Part shown: piece by piece, positions 43,845 through 56,010 of the stretch
Layout: each line of letters starts with the position of its first letter
Numbering within the stretch: position 1 is the first letter of the stretch
Source: Lepidodermella squamata
Lineage: Eukaryota > Animalia > Gastrotricha
Direction: 5' to 3'
Length of the DNA: 64,000 nt
Assembly: GCA_047495785.1 (NCBI GenBank)
Contig: JBLDXI010000023.1
Coordinates: forward strand, 744,001 to 808,000
Notes under the pieces: model-generated
Told to the model about the DNA's origin: nothing
The model's input: the letters and a program-made list of their open reading frames with translations, nothing else
The model's database searches: none
Translations under genes and position numbers: made by a program

Positions 43845-45007
43845 TCAATCTTGGCTATAAATTCCGAGAGTCGCGAGATTCAAGATTACCTGTAAGAGAA
43901 TGAAAGTGGTAGCAAACATAATTTCCAGCGTTGTTTGCAACGTGATTGTCGCACCGAATAAACATCGATTCATTCTAACGTTGTAATTGTTCGCTAAGAA
44001 GCAAATTACAGTCGAATAAATAACGATACACATGCCGAAAACAGTTTGGCAAAATATGTAGTATGAAGCTATAATCCTGCTTGGTGTTTTAGGTAAATTT
44101 TGTAGAACGGAATCCTGAATCACAAATATCGATACCATAACGGTGCAAGCATAGCCAGCCCTGTCAGGCATCTCTGGAGGGATGAAAAGAGCGCTGAGTG
44201 TTAGTAAACTCAATATAAGACCAGGACCGAGGCAGTTCAATAGGTAATAGTCAGCTTTTCTCTTAAATTTCAGGTGAAATGAGACTTGCTGGATCCATGG
44301 GCCATGACCTAAGCCCAAAACAGAAGCATTGTACAGTGTCGTCGACGTTTCCATTAGCTGCCAATTCGAATTGTGAGGCATGAAATTTTTAGAACCTACT
44401 GGCCAGTACTCAGCCGATCCAAACACTATTTTGTCCGGATGTTGATTATAATTGTTAGAGCACAACTTTGCTCGTCGAATGGGAATTTCCAGAAGTTCAA
44501 ATCGCAGTGCGTTGCGAACAATCCCATGAACATGGATTGAAAAGCACCTTCACTGGGATATATATAGAAAAATCTGGCGTGGTCCGACGAATCGTCCAAA
44601 GCTGAGCCGCGAATATTGTTTCTAAGGGAAACACTGGGCCGCCAGTATAACTTGGGGTCTTCATGATCAAGTACTGATATGTGGGCTGGCCACCATTTTG
44701 AAGATGCATTGTAGACCTCCGCAACACATGGGGCAAGCCACTCTAGAACAACAACGCCGATGAGGCTTAAGTACTCGCCGACATCGTTAATTTCAAGAAA
44801 TCTATCCAACTCGAGATATGCTGTGATATTAGTCGGGATATTTTCAAGCTCTTGTGGAGAATTTACTCCTGCGCCTATTCGACAATTCTGTAGCAGAGTA
44901 TCGGTAAAGTTTGATGGTGAAATCGCTTGTGCAACTCCGGATAGGTGGGTAGCCATGTTGAAAGTAAGCGTGAGATTTATAAGAGCGGAAAGGCGTTTCC
45001 ATTTCAT
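43845..45007 (-). pseudogene. Intronless Cys-loop LGIC L6, frameshifted
   Basis: Split into ORFs 44426-45007 and 43845-44465 by a deletion of about 4 nt near 44450, just after CDLNFWKFPFDEQSC. Confidence 0.85.
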
Positions 45008-45360
45008 AATTTTTAGTTTCTACTATATTCCCTAACGAAAACTATTACTAAAACCTCCGAAGCCGAAATTATCTGACCACAGGCTCCCCCAGTGGTTTTG
45101 CCTGTTTTCTTGCCTGGACCTCTCTAGGTGGAGGGGGGTATAATTTTCTATCGCTATCAAGACGTAACACGCGTGAAAATACCAACCTTAAATAGAAATG
45201 TAGGCAAATTTGCTTAGCTCAACAGCTGCGTAAGACGTAAGATCCGTGAGTATTTTTTTATATAGGTATTGAACATATTTACGAATTCAATACGAGTCAA
45301 ATATCTATGTACATGTTCTAATATTTACATATTCGTTTAGATACTTATTGCAAATTATCT

Positions 45361-45420
45361 CGGTGGGCGCAATCGGTAGTATGTCTCACAGCACAGCAAA
45401 CAGTAGTTCGACTCGAGCAT
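45361..45420 (+). repeat. Possible tRNA-derived SINE head
   Basis: A-box-like TGGGCGCAATCGG and B-box-like GTTCGACTC at Pol III spacing; no cloverleaf. Confidence 0.35.
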
Positions 45421-46712
45421 TTTCCCCCGAAATTACGTTTCTCTAAAGTTTGTTTTATCGACCTTCCAAATATTTTGAGCTAGCTGTCATGTGCCCGAAT
45501 GAAAAACACCCGAATGTTATGCAAGCGATGACATGTTGTAGCCGTTTGTAGCTGTTTATACAAGTGCAACTGAATTCCTGAAAGTCAAATCCTGAATGTC
45601 AAACACACGAATGTTTCTTTAGTTACGTAATCACTGAAACTGGGTGAAAATCAACATTTATTACATCAGAGGCGATATTGATCGATCCTGTCAATGAATT
45701 TCGCGGGTGCCGGGCAACCACTGCTTGCATTTCTCTGACAAACAGAAGTTACCCGCTGATTGTCAGTCTTCACCTGTCGGCGCCGTAAAGCCAACCATCA
45801 AATTCGAACGCGGATTTGTGCGGCTGAACCTGAACCCTTCGGTACGGCCTGATGACACCAGAAACCAGAAGCAACGTTGGCTATAGCTATAACTAACATC
45901 AACAAAATCGTGAATAAGATTGAGTGTTCGCGAAATGAAATAGCAAAGAGCATCGGCATTTGAGCGATTAAAATTTTAAATGGAACCGGAAATGTTAGTG
46001 AAGGGACTGGTTTTCGGGGCTTGAATGGGATCTCGAAACGTTATTACGCTTTGGGGTTCTTACAGCAGCGTTATCCAAGCATAACAGAATGCCTGGTGTC
46101 TGCGATCGATTTAACGATTGATTTTCTGGTTTTTTTTATTTTTTAATTTATAAACAATTTCTTCGCGTATTACTTGTGAAAAATCCCGATATTTCATTCG
46201 CCCAGATCATTTTCCATAGTTTTAATGATAATTTACTATCAGTTTCGGTGATTATGTAACTAAATAAATATTCGGGTGTTCGCTTTCAAGCGTTTGTCCT
46301 TTCGGGTATTAGCGTTCGGCTACGTGGCTTTCGGGTTTCGGGTGATAGACATTCTGTCATCGGTCATCTGCCTTAGGGTAGCCCCATCGATCTCCATAAA
46401 AAAACACCCCAGTTGTTTCGTACTCGTGAAGAGAACAAGGGACTTTTACATGAGCGTACTACCCCGAATACATTGATCGACAAGCTTATGAGGATGCGGA
46501 TAGTCGGAAAAGAACGGCAAATTATCCTACGATTAATCCTTCGCATTTAATTTCTTACTTAGTGTTCCTTCTCTCCTGTTTCGTGTCACAGCCACTACAG
46601 GAACTAATTAGTAGCATCATTTGTTATTCATTATTCAAAAACAAAATCAGCGGGCTGACCGTTATGTCTGGAAATTCTTTTTGGATTACTAGATATTTTA
46701 CTACGATAATTT

Positions 46713-46891
46713 AGTGTAAGTTCGTACCGGAAAATTCATATCGTGGTCATTTCGTACCAATACAAATTCATATCGTTATTCTAATCCTCGCATTGCTTTG
46801 GGTATGAAAAAATCACTAAAATATTATGAAAAGATCACCACTTTTGGTACGAAATGACAGCGGTACGAAATTGCGGTTACGAAGTTACACT
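46713..46891. mobile_element. Small MITE with internal (TTCGTACC)-like repeats
   Basis: Imperfect TIRs AGTGTAAGTTCGTACC ... GGTTACGAAGTTACACT. Confidence 0.6.
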
Positions 46892-47242
46892 TTACCGAAA
46901 TTTTTTTGTTCCTAACTTCATCCACCGAGATCAACAACAGTTTCATTGATTACTTTACTAAGAATACTTGATATATTTATTGAAAGGTCACTGCGTTAAA
47001 ATTTGTTAATAAAAATAGTTAAAAAATACAAAGAAGAAAAATTAACGTTAAATAAATCAGAAAACAGCGCAGAAAACACCGAAATACAGCTGAGTTTGAT
47101 GGCATTTTTATATGTATTAATGTTTACTGTGGTTTATAAATGGCTGATGGAGTACGAAACAACTGTGGGGTTTTTATGGAGATAACAGTAATTGGCGCTT
47201 GTTGACATGAACAATTCTCGGCTCTCAACAATTCAAAACATT

Positions 47243-48400
47243 TCAATCTTGCTGATAAAGTCCAACACTAACAATATTCAGTGCTATTTGCGCCGTAATG
47301 GAACTGATGCCGAATATAATTTCAACGGTTGTTTGCAAGGTTATTTTTGCACCGAAGAAGCATCGATTCATCCTTACGGTAAAGTTATTTGCTAAAAAGC
47401 AGATTAAAGCAGAATAAAGAACAATGCACATGCCAAAAACAGTTTGACAAAAAACGTAATATGAGGCGAGAACCTTGCTTGGAGTTTTAGGTAAATTTTG
47501 TAGAACAGAATCTTGAATGACGAAAATCGCCAACATAACGGTGCACGCATAGCCAGCCCTGTCAGGCATCTCTGGAGGGATGAGAAGGGCACTGAGCGTT
47601 AGCAAGCTCAGAATTAGACCAGGACCGAAGCAGTTCAATAGGTAATAGTCAGCCTTTCGCTTGAATTTCAAGTAAAAAGATACTTCAATAATTGACGGGT
47701 CATTTTTCAACTTTTCTCCGAAGCCCAGCGCAGTGCCATTGTACGAAGCTGTCCACTTTTCGGTCAGGTGCCAATTTGAGTTTTTAGGCATGAAGACGGT
47801 AGTCAACCCTGCCCCATATATAGCTGATAGAAAACTTATTTTGTCCGGAGTTTGATTTGTAATAAATGATACAGCACAACTTTGCTCGTCGAAAGGAAAT
47901 TTCCAGAAGTTCAAATCGCAGTAGGTTGCGAACGTTCCCATGAACAGGTATTGAAAATGACCCGATGTCGCGAATACATAGAACAATTTCCCGAGGTCCG
48001 CCGAATCCTCCAAAGTCGAGCCTCGAATATTGTTCCGCAACGTAATGCTGGGCCGCCAGTACAAAGTGGGGTCTTCGTGGTGAAGAACGGATACCTGCGC
48101 CGGCCACCATGTTGAGGATGCGCTGTAGGCCTCCGCAACACATGGGACTTTCCATTCTAGGGTAACAATGCCGATGAAACTGAAAGATTCGCCGAGATCA
48201 TTGATCTCGAGGAATCTATCCAACCCGAGAGTGATGTTGATCTTGGTCGGAATATATTCAAGCTCTTGCGGAGAATTCACTCCTGCGCCTATTCGGCAAC
48301 TCTGTAGCAGAGTATCGGTCAAGTTTGATGGGGGAATCGCTCGTGAACCTTCCCATAGACAGATAGCCATCATGGCAGCAAGCGTGGGATTCCAAGACAT
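47243..48400 (-). CDS. Intronless Cys-loop LGIC L7 (385 aa)
   Basis: ATG 48400 (MSWNPTLAAMM); CDLNFWKFPFDEQSC; FKRKADYYLLN; PDRAGYACTVML. Confidence 0.93.
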   Translation of the reverse strand: MSWNPTLAAMMAICLWEGSRAIPPSNLTDTLLQSCRIGAGVNSPQELEYIPTKINITLGLDRFLEINDLGESFSFIGIVTLEWKVPCVAEAYSASSTWWPAQVSVLHHEDPTLYWRPSITLRNNIRGSTLEDSADLGKLFYVFATSGHFQYLFMGTFATYCDLNFWKFPFDEQSCAVSFITNQTPDKISFLSAIYGAGLTTVFMPKNSNWHLTEKWTASYNGTALGFGEKLKNDPSIIEVSFYLKFKRKADYYLLNCFGPGLILSLLTLSALLIPPEMPDRAGYACTVMLAIFVIQDSVLQNLPKTPSKVLASYYVFCQTVFGMCIVLYSALICFLANNFTVRMNRCFFGAKITLQTTVEIIFGISSITAQIALNIVSVGLYQQD

Positions 48401-48756
48401 TTCGTTGGCGTAAGGGTATGAACCTTTCGAGTGAATCAAACGTCCAGAATTTTCTAGATTCTACTTGGAAAAACGGTAATATAACTCCAGTAGTAAAAGT
48501 GAGTAAAAGACTATGAGAAGTGGAAAGCTGAAGCGAAACCCTGTATAGATGGCTTTTTAGATTCCGGAAATTGAAAACCCCTGCGAGTGTGAGCTCACCG
48601 GCTTTTCCGTTCCGCAGCCTGGATGTCAAAGTAGGATGAGTGAAAAATATCTGGGCGAAAACCTTTTTCTTCACCATGCGCAGCTGGAACTATTGATTGG
48701 TAAATCAATTGTTTCCTATGACTCGGGCATGGATAATATCTTTGTGTTGTTTATAT

Positions 48757-48967
48757 CAGTGTGCGACTTTCAGGGGGGATGGGAGGGGATCATCCCCCCG
48801 CCCCCCTTCCCCGGAGATTTTGAAAGGTTCTGGAGCGTATGTTAGTTGAAAATCTTCGAAAATTTCTCGCTTCACTCGGTTTTTAGCCGAAATGACTAAT
48901 CATTTTGGCAAAAAGGGCAAAAAAGTTTTCCATCCCTGGCAGTTCCGGGATCCAAGATCGCACCCTA
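48757..48967. mobile_element. MITE, same family as 31430-31596
   Basis: CAGTGTGCGACTTTCAGG ... TCCGGGATCCAAGATCGCACCCT. Confidence 0.7.
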
Positions 48968-49562
48968 TTTACATCGAACATTTAAACTTTTAGGGTCGAT
49001 GTAATAATTTTTGCGCCACCTTCATTTTATCGTTCAAATTGTCGTTCGAGGTCATAGGTCGGGTCAAGCGTCATTTATCGAGTAAATGAAGTGAGTAAAA
49101 AGCAGGCTCAATCGTGAAGATCGCCGTATTTCAAAATACCAGTTCAAATTGGTTTTATTCATGAATTTGATACGAATTTAATACTAATCGAGCATTTTTA
49201 GCGACATTGGGTTTCTTTAATTTTTCTTCCAACTTCGAACTCTGTTGGGCACGGGGCACGGTCGCAGCTCTGTTGCATAATCATCCATTATAGACGACGC
49301 TGAATGAGTCCTGAATACGATTTTTCCTGTGAAACCGCAAAAGTGTTGAAAAAATTATAGATGTGAAAGGAATCAAGCTATAAGTAGCCGTAGATTCTAT
49401 TACGGAAATTTCACGTTCGAAGTTGGACATCGCAAACCTGAGAACCAACAAAATATAGGCAGGTTTATTAATACACTGAAAACTATATTTTTATTCATAA
49501 TGAACAACAACAGTTTGATTGATTACAAGGCTTTACTGTGGTGTGAATAATTGCTGAATAAT

Positions 49563-50711
49563 TCAATCTTGCTGCTGATAGAGTCCAACACTGACAATAT
49601 TCAGTGCTACTTGCGCGGCAATAGAACCGATGGCAAATACTATTTCCACGGTTGTTTGCAAGGTTATTTTTGCGCCAAAGAAGCCTCGATTCATTCTAAC
49701 GCTGAAATTGTTTGCTAGAAAGCAGATTAAAGCCGAATAAATAACAATGGCCATCCCGAAAACAGTTTGGCAAAATATGTAGTATGAAGCTATTATTCTG
49801 CTTGGTGTTTTGGGTAGATTTTGTAGAATGGAATCCTGAATCACAAAAAATGCGAGCATTACGGTGCAAGCAAAGCATGACCTATCTGGCATCTCTGGAG
49901 GGATGAGAAGGGCACTGAGCGTTAGCAAGCTCAGAATAAGACCTGGGCCGAGGCAGTTCAGCAGGTAATAATCCGCCTTCCGCTTGAATTTCAGGAAAAA
50001 TGCGACTTGACGGAAAGATGTGTCATTTTTTGATGTTTCTCTAAAGTCATTGTACAATTTTATCCACTTTTCAGTCAGCTGCCAATTAGAGTTTTTAGGC
50101 ATGAAGTTGAAAGAATATTCATCCAAATACTTGGCTGATCCAAGCGCTATTTTGTTCGGATTTTGACTTGCCATAAATGTTATAGCGCAAATTTGTTCGT
50201 CAAATGGGAATTTCCAGAAGTTCAAATCGCAGTACGTTGTGAACGTTCCCAAAAAAAAGTATTGAAAACGACCTGATGCGGGAATCAGACAGAACGATTT
50301 CCCGAGGTCCGACGACTCATCCAAAGCCGCTCCTCGGATACTGTTCCGCAGCGTAATGCCGGGCCGCCAATACAAATTGCGGTCTTCATTTTGAAGGACA
50401 GATATTTCCGCTGGCCACCAGTTTGAAGATGCGCTGTAGACTTGCGCAACACATGGGACGTTCCATTCCAAAACAACAACGCCAATGAAGCTAAAATATT
50501 CCCCTACATCATTGATCTCGAGGAATCTATCTAGCTCGAGTGAGACTTCGATCGTCGTCGGTGTATTTTCCAGCTCTTGGGGAGAATTCACAGCTGAGCC
50601 TATCCAACAACCCTGAAGCAGAGTTTCGGTGAAGTTTGAGGGCGTAATCGCTTGTAAACCTCCCAGTAGGCAGATAGCCATCATGGCAGCAAGCGTGAAA
50701 TTCCAAGTCAT
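49563..50711 (-). CDS. Intronless Cys-loop LGIC L8 (382 aa)
   Basis: CDLNFWKFPFDEQIC; PDRSCFACTVML; 4 TM. Confidence 0.93.
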   Translation of the reverse strand: MTWNFTLAAMMAICLLGGLQAITPSNFTETLLQGCWIGSAVNSPQELENTPTTIEVSLELDRFLEINDVGEYFSFIGVVVLEWNVPCVAQVYSASSNWWPAEISVLQNEDRNLYWRPGITLRNSIRGAALDESSDLGKSFCLIPASGRFQYFFLGTFTTYCDLNFWKFPFDEQICAITFMASQNPNKIALGSAKYLDEYSFNFMPKNSNWQLTEKWIKLYNDFRETSKNDTSFRQVAFFLKFKRKADYYLLNCLGPGLILSLLTLSALLIPPEMPDRSCFACTVMLAFFVIQDSILQNLPKTPSRIIASYYIFCQTVFGMAIVIYSALICFLANNFSVRMNRGFFGAKITLQTTVEIVFAIGSIAAQVALNIVSVGLYQQQD

Positions 50712-52162
50712 TTCGTAAATTCAAAAGTTTGAGCTGATAATTACTTGCTGGAGATTGAATTTATTTGAAAAAGAAAGTTCCAGATTGTTCTCTACTCGGA
50801 AAATCGCGATAAAACTCCAAAATCCATTGCTTCCATCTGATGTTCAAACAATCTGAAGGTTTTGAAAATTGAAAAGTTGCCAAGCTGAAGGGGAACCCTG
50901 TATAGATGGCTTTTCGGATTCCGGATATTGAAAACCCTTGCGAGTGTGAGCTCACCGGCTTTTCCGTTCCGCGACATAAATTTAAACGTAGGATGACTTA
51001 AATTTGTCGGAACAAAAGCCCGTCGTTGCTTTGCTCGGGATTCTGGAACCACGGATTGGTGGGGAAATTTGCGGTCATTATAAGATTCAAACAACGAAAT
51101 AATAATTGCGATTCGAGTTTTACCGAGGGGAATTGCAGAAGTGTAAAAACTGGCCATAATGGATAATATAAGGTTATGGAAATTTGTGTAGTTGGCACAT
51201 CCCAGAAATTTATAGCCCCTGCTAGTGTTTCTGCTGCTGTCATAGGCTTTTCCGTTCCGCGGCATAGATGTCAGTATCAAGCATGGTCCCAGTTTGCCTG
51301 CCTCAGTTTTCGCAATGTTGCTGATTTTTCACATTATTGAGCGTGTTCCTTGATCACCACCCGAGTCTGCTCAATCGCGTGCTGGACCTCTTCGGATGTC
51401 TGAGTCACGGAAAATTTGCTCACATTATAGCTCGCTGTCCACATTAGCCGATCCCCTATATTCCGAGGCGCCCCTTGAAACGGCCTCGGTACTGTTTCAC
51501 TAGCGTTTCAGTATAACTCTCCATAGATTATTTACCGCAAATAAAGAACAATTTAAGATTGAAGCTACCTTCAATCGAGATGAAGTTACCGTCAAATCTA
51601 ATCTTTGATTGGAATTGAGTGGTTTTTACGCATAATTTGTGGCTTATGGCTAGGTAAATGAAGATTTGTGACGATATCTAGAACCAACTCGGAGTGTTCT
51701 CAAGGGCTGTCCGTGGTATCCGCATTAAAGAGCCTAAAATATCCATTTAGGCAGTGCGACTGTAGCTGGGAAACTGGCCGTATTAGTATATGCCCGCAAG
51801 GGGCTGTCTGCCTTAACGAGCGCGGCTGTAGTACCCTGAGAGCCTAAGAGAGACAGATTCCGCGAACGGCGTAATTGGTTTCAAAAACTGATCGAGTATC
51901 GAGTAACACATGAGCAACGTCGACAGTCGACAGTCAGCGCAAGGACGCTACAACCGTCAAGCTTCATAGGGCCGACTGAACGCTTCGGCCAATGGGCCGG
52001 TGCCTGAGATTGCTGAGCATCAACTGGAGAATAATCGGAGTAAAAGCCGGCCCAGTCAGAGTGTACAGAATCACTAGGTGACTAAAATAACTCGTTTACT
52101 AAATATTCGATTTCACAGAGATAATTCTTTCTGATTGAATTAACCGGACGCCTTGCGCGACT

Positions 52163-52201
52163 GCCAACTAGTTTCGGTTTTATTTAAACCATCTTCAGGG
52201 C
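52163..52201 (-). ncRNA. Minimal type I hammerhead ribozyme (inverted copy)
   Basis: Reverse complement of 52895-52933. Confidence 0.65.
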
Positions 52202-52271
52202 CTAGACAACAATTAACAACAATGAACCTTTTGCTTGCGAGGCAAGTGACAGGAACAATACCTCATTTATC

Positions 52272-52658
52272 CATGAGACGTACTATAGGACGCCGCGGCT
52301 TCGAAGCTCCCGTTACATGGGCCTCATGAAGGCCGCGGACTGTGCATATCGGAATTTGCATACGAATTAAATTTTAGTCCAGTAATTTCGAAATTAAAGA
52401 AATTTTAATTTATAAAATTTTAATTTTTTAAATGTCAATAATTAAAAACTGATGAGAATTCTTTTACAGCAAAAGATCGGCGTGACACTGTGTAAAGATG
52501 TGTTGATCTCGTTGATCTTAAGCAAAAAAGAGACTTGAGATGATTGCAAAAAGTGCAATGAGATGATTCATTGGTCGAGCTGGACTTTGAACCTCATTAA
52601 AAATATCACGCTTTTTCTGATTCTCAGCAAGCCGCGGCGTCCTATAGTGCGTCTCATG
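52272..52658. mobile_element. MITE, CATG-terminal family
   Basis: TIR CATGAGACG(T/C)ACTATAGGACGCCGCGGCTT; exact 8-bp TSD CATTTATC. The empty site is visible in the opposite arm of the fold-back. Confidence 0.92.
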
Positions 52659-52894
52659 CATTTATCATCACCAGTAATCAAGCGGCGTAAATTCGAGATT
52701 TTACATTTTTAAGATATAAGACTACTTATAGATCAAATAGATCTATTTATCTATCTATTTGATCAATAGTCTTATATCTTAAAAATGTAAAATCTCGAAT
52801 TTACGCCGCTTGATTACTGGTGATGATAAATGAGGTATTGTTCCTGTCACTTGCCTCGCAAGCAAAAGGTTCATTGTTGTTAATTGTTGTCTAG

Positions 52895-52933
52895 GCCCTG
52901 AAGATGGTTTAAATAAAACCGAAACTAGTTGGC
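52895..52933 (+). ncRNA. Minimal type I hammerhead ribozyme (Penelope-associated type)
   Basis: GCC-CTGAAGA-T-GGTTT-AAATA-AAACC-GAAA-CTAG-TT-GGC: conserved core, 5-bp helix II, palindromic mini helix III (AACTAGTT), GCC/GGC helix I. Confidence 0.7.
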
Positions 52934-53085
52934 AGTCGCGCAAGGCGTCCGGTTACGTCAATCAGAATGAATATATCGATAGAACACCAAATAATCCGTC
53001 TGATAAAGAAAGATACAAAACATTATAAACCTTAACTCCGACGGTTCAACTCTACTTAAGAACAGTTCAAATATATTGAAAATAT

Positions 53086-54267
53086 TCAATCTTGTTGATA
53101 AATTCCGAGACTTACAAGATTCAAAATGATCTGTGAAAAAATAAAGGTGAAGGCAAATATCATTTCCATAGTCGTTTGCAGCGTGAGTTTGCTACCGAAA
53201 AAGCTTCGATTCATCCTAACGCTGAAGTTGTTCGTCAGAAAGCAAATTAAAGCCGAATAAATAACGATGCACATGCCGAAAACGGTTTGACAGAACACGT
53301 AGTATGAAGCTATCACCCTGCTAGGCGTTTTAGGTAAATTTTGTAGAACAGAATCTTGAATGACGAAAATCGCCAGCATTACGGTGCAAGCATAGCAAGC
53401 CCTATCAGGCATCTCTGGAGGGATGAGAAGGGCACTGAGCGTTAGCAAGCTCAGAATAATACCAGGACCGAAGCAATTCAACAGGTAGTATTCAGCCTTT
53501 CGCTTGAATTTCAGATGAAATGAGACTTGAACGATTGACGGGTCACTTTTTGCTAGTTCTCCGAAACCTAGCGCCGTGCCGTTGTACGAAGTTGTCCATT
53601 TTTCGGTCAGCTGCCAATTTGAGTTTTGTGGCATGAATGTGTTAGAGAAGGCTGGCCAAAACTCAGCTGACCCGAACACTATTCTTCTGGAGTTTTGATT
53701 TGCAATAATCGATATAGCACAACTTTGCTCGTCGAATGGGAATTTCCAGAAGTTCAAATCGCAGTACGTTGCGAACGTTCCCATGAACATGTATTGGAAG
53801 GCACCAACACTGGGTTTGATATTGAAAAATTTCGCGTTGTCTGACGAATCGTCTAAAGCTGATCCTTGAATGCTGTTCCGTAGAGTAACGATGGGGCGCC
53901 AGTAAAACTTGGGGTCTTCGTGTTCAAGAAGGAATATTTGCGCTGGCCACCATTTTGAAGATGCGTTGTAGACCTCCGCAACACATGGGACTTGCCATTC
54001 TAGGATGACAACGCCAATGAAGCTAAAATATTCGCCTACATCATTTATCTCCAGAAATCTATCCAATTCGAGCCACACCTTGATCTTGGTCGGGATATTT
54101 TCAAGCTCTTGCGGAGAATTTACTCCTGCACCAATCCGACAACTCTGCAGCAGAGTATCGGTGATGTTTGATGGTGAATTAGCTCGCGAACCTCCGGATA
54201 GGTAGGTAATAGCAATGGTGAACGCAAGCGTGAGTCGCTGAACAATCGAGAGGCATTTCCATTTCAT
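53086..54267 (-). CDS. Intronless Cys-loop LGIC L9 (393 aa)
   Basis: ATG 54267 (MKWKCLSIVQ) matches the starts of L6 and L12; CDLNFWKFPFDEQSC; PDRACYACTVML. Confidence 0.93.
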   Translation of the reverse strand: MKWKCLSIVQRLTLAFTIAITYLSGGSRANSPSNITDTLLQSCRIGAGVNSPQELENIPTKIKVWLELDRFLEINDVGEYFSFIGVVILEWQVPCVAEVYNASSKWWPAQIFLLEHEDPKFYWRPIVTLRNSIQGSALDDSSDNAKFFNIKPSVGAFQYMFMGTFATYCDLNFWKFPFDEQSCAISIIANQNSRRIVFGSAEFWPAFSNTFMPQNSNWQLTEKWTTSYNGTALGFGELAKSDPSIVQVSFHLKFKRKAEYYLLNCFGPGIILSLLTLSALLIPPEMPDRACYACTVMLAIFVIQDSVLQNLPKTPSRVIASYYVFCQTVFGMCIVIYSALICFLTNNFSVRMNRSFFGSKLTLQTTMEMIFAFTFIFSQIILNLVSLGIYQQD

Positions 54268-54619
54268 ATTTGTTGCGCGCCCTACCCGAAAACCACTAAA
54301 ATTATAGTATTCATATATAATGTGTATTTCCCTCTCGTTTGGAAAAGCTCGGAAAACTTCAGAATCGATTTCTACGGAGCGAGGTGCTGTAATGCTAAAT
54401 TTCACCAGCGATAGCCGTCGATATTCCGGAAGTTTATCCATGTTGCGATTCAAGTTCACTGACTTTGTAGATCTGCAGAACTCATAACGGTAATTGATCA
54501 ATATTCGGGCAAACAATTTCATACAAAACGCTGTTTTAGGCACGTGTGCTTTGATTCGTGAATATCTCTTATTTTTGAATGCCATTTTGATTTCATCTTT
54601 ATCTAACCAATTTATCTTA

Positions 54620-55770
54620 TTTGTTATTAAAAATTGAGAGATATTAACAATACCTAATGGTAATATTTTCATTTCCAAAGTAAATATCAAAATATCGAAC
54701 GAGTAGAAAATTTCAAATATTTAGGTAGCACGCTAACATCTGACGGTAGTTGCAGTGCTGATATTAGAAATCGAATAGAAAAGGCTAATATATCATTCGG
54801 AGCTATGAAAAATATATTTTCAGCAATACGAGCTTAAAAATCGAGTCGACTCCATCGAAGAAGTGTTCATGAGAGCTTTTGAACGATATGGAGGCCGCTG
54901 CTTAGCGGCTGATCTTGACATGGCGGAGTATATCAAATACGTCGCCGAAATCGCACCTTCGGATGAAAAAGCCCGTCAAAGCTTGGAGCAAAAATGCCCC
55001 GCCTGGCATTTGCGAAACAAAACCAGAACCGAAATAATCTCAGCTGATAACCGCGTATGGCTAGATATCGAATGCTAAGAACAAAATCAACGAAAAATCA
55101 ACAGAAATCAATGAAAAACGGCATGATGAAAAAAAACATATAAAAATATCCTGTTTTATATATAATTATAACATATGTGATGAAATATTGTTATGGCTTT
55201 TATATTTTTATGAAAGCACAGTGCGGGCATGAGTTAACGCGCCGCGAGTGCCGAGAGGCAAAGGTTGCAAAATAAAATCTTTTTCATGCCAGCTTAAAAA
55301 TCGAGGCCAAAATGAAATGCCTGGACGGCGTGATCGTACCAACCGTGATGTTCCGGTCCGAAGGATGGGCGATGACTCGTGAAGAAGAAAGAAGGCTAGA
55401 GTCTGCCAGATGAAATGTCTCAGGAACATTACCGGAATAAGGCTGGCTGATAGGGTCCGAAATGAAACAGTTAGGAAACAATTTAATACGCACAAATTAG
55501 CAACAAAGGTCGCTAGAATCAATTACGACGGTACGGACACGTAGCAGAGACTCGGAATCGCTATTGAAAATTGAAAGAGGTTAGGTAATGGGACCCACAG
55601 ACGATTCGTGGCAAAGACCCCAGGGCCGTCCCAAACGGCGCTACTCAGACTGCATGAAAAGACAGTTGAAGAAAATTAATATTGAGAATTGGGAAAACGC
55701 CGCTGTATTAGCTCAGAATAGAATTGAGTGGCGTACGAAATTGAAAAATATCACAGTAGTAGTAGTATCA
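54620..55770 (+). mobile_element. Degenerate RTE-clade-like LINE 3' fragment, interrupted at about 54830-55275
   Basis: VENFKYLGSTLTSDGSCSADIRNRIEKA, VIVPTVMFRSEGW, MKCLRNITGIRLADRVRNETVR, RPQGRPKRRY, AQNRIEWR, then a (GTA)n tail. Confidence 0.85.
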
Positions 55771-55771
55771 G

Positions 55772-56010
55772 TAAAGTCACCTAGCGGGGCGCACTGCCTC
55801 CTCGCATGCCCTCCTCCACTGGTCCCGGTCCCTGGCCGATCCCCAGCTCAGCTCCATGCTGCGCAGGTCACTTTCAATGGTGGCCTGCCATGTAGTTTTT
55901 GGCCGCCCCACCGCCCGGCTGCCCTGTGGCGTCCAACGAAGGGCAACTCGGGGAGTGCGCCTGGCATCCATTCGCAGCACATGTCCCAGCCAGCGAAGTC
56001 GACGGAATTC
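55772..56010 (-). mobile_element. 3' end of a second RTE-like LINE, tail-to-tail with the first
   Basis: RRLRWLGHVLRM..TPRVALRWTPQGSRAVGRPKTTW..ARDRDQWR; GC-rich. Confidence 0.85.

Larger units (their letters stand above)
52129..52967. mobile_element. Long fold-back made of inverted Penelope-like pseudo-LTR sequence, left arm interrupted by a MITE
   Basis: 52129-52271 plus 52667-52725 is the reverse complement of about 52767-52967; the arms carry the CTGAAGA..CCGAAAC..GT motif. Confidence 0.7.

Noticed and set aside
45361-45420. tRNA gene
   Set aside because: Only A- and B-box-like motifs; no acceptor or anticodon stems.
45848-45875. Hammerhead-like CTGATGA..GAAAC
   Set aside because: No helix II or helix I pairing and no cleavage triplet.
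54268-54690. 141-aa N-terminal extension of ORF 53086-54690
   Set aside because: It starts at a non-ATG codon and overlaps a LINE fragment on the other strand. Paralogs start at the MKWK-equivalent ATG with a signal peptide.
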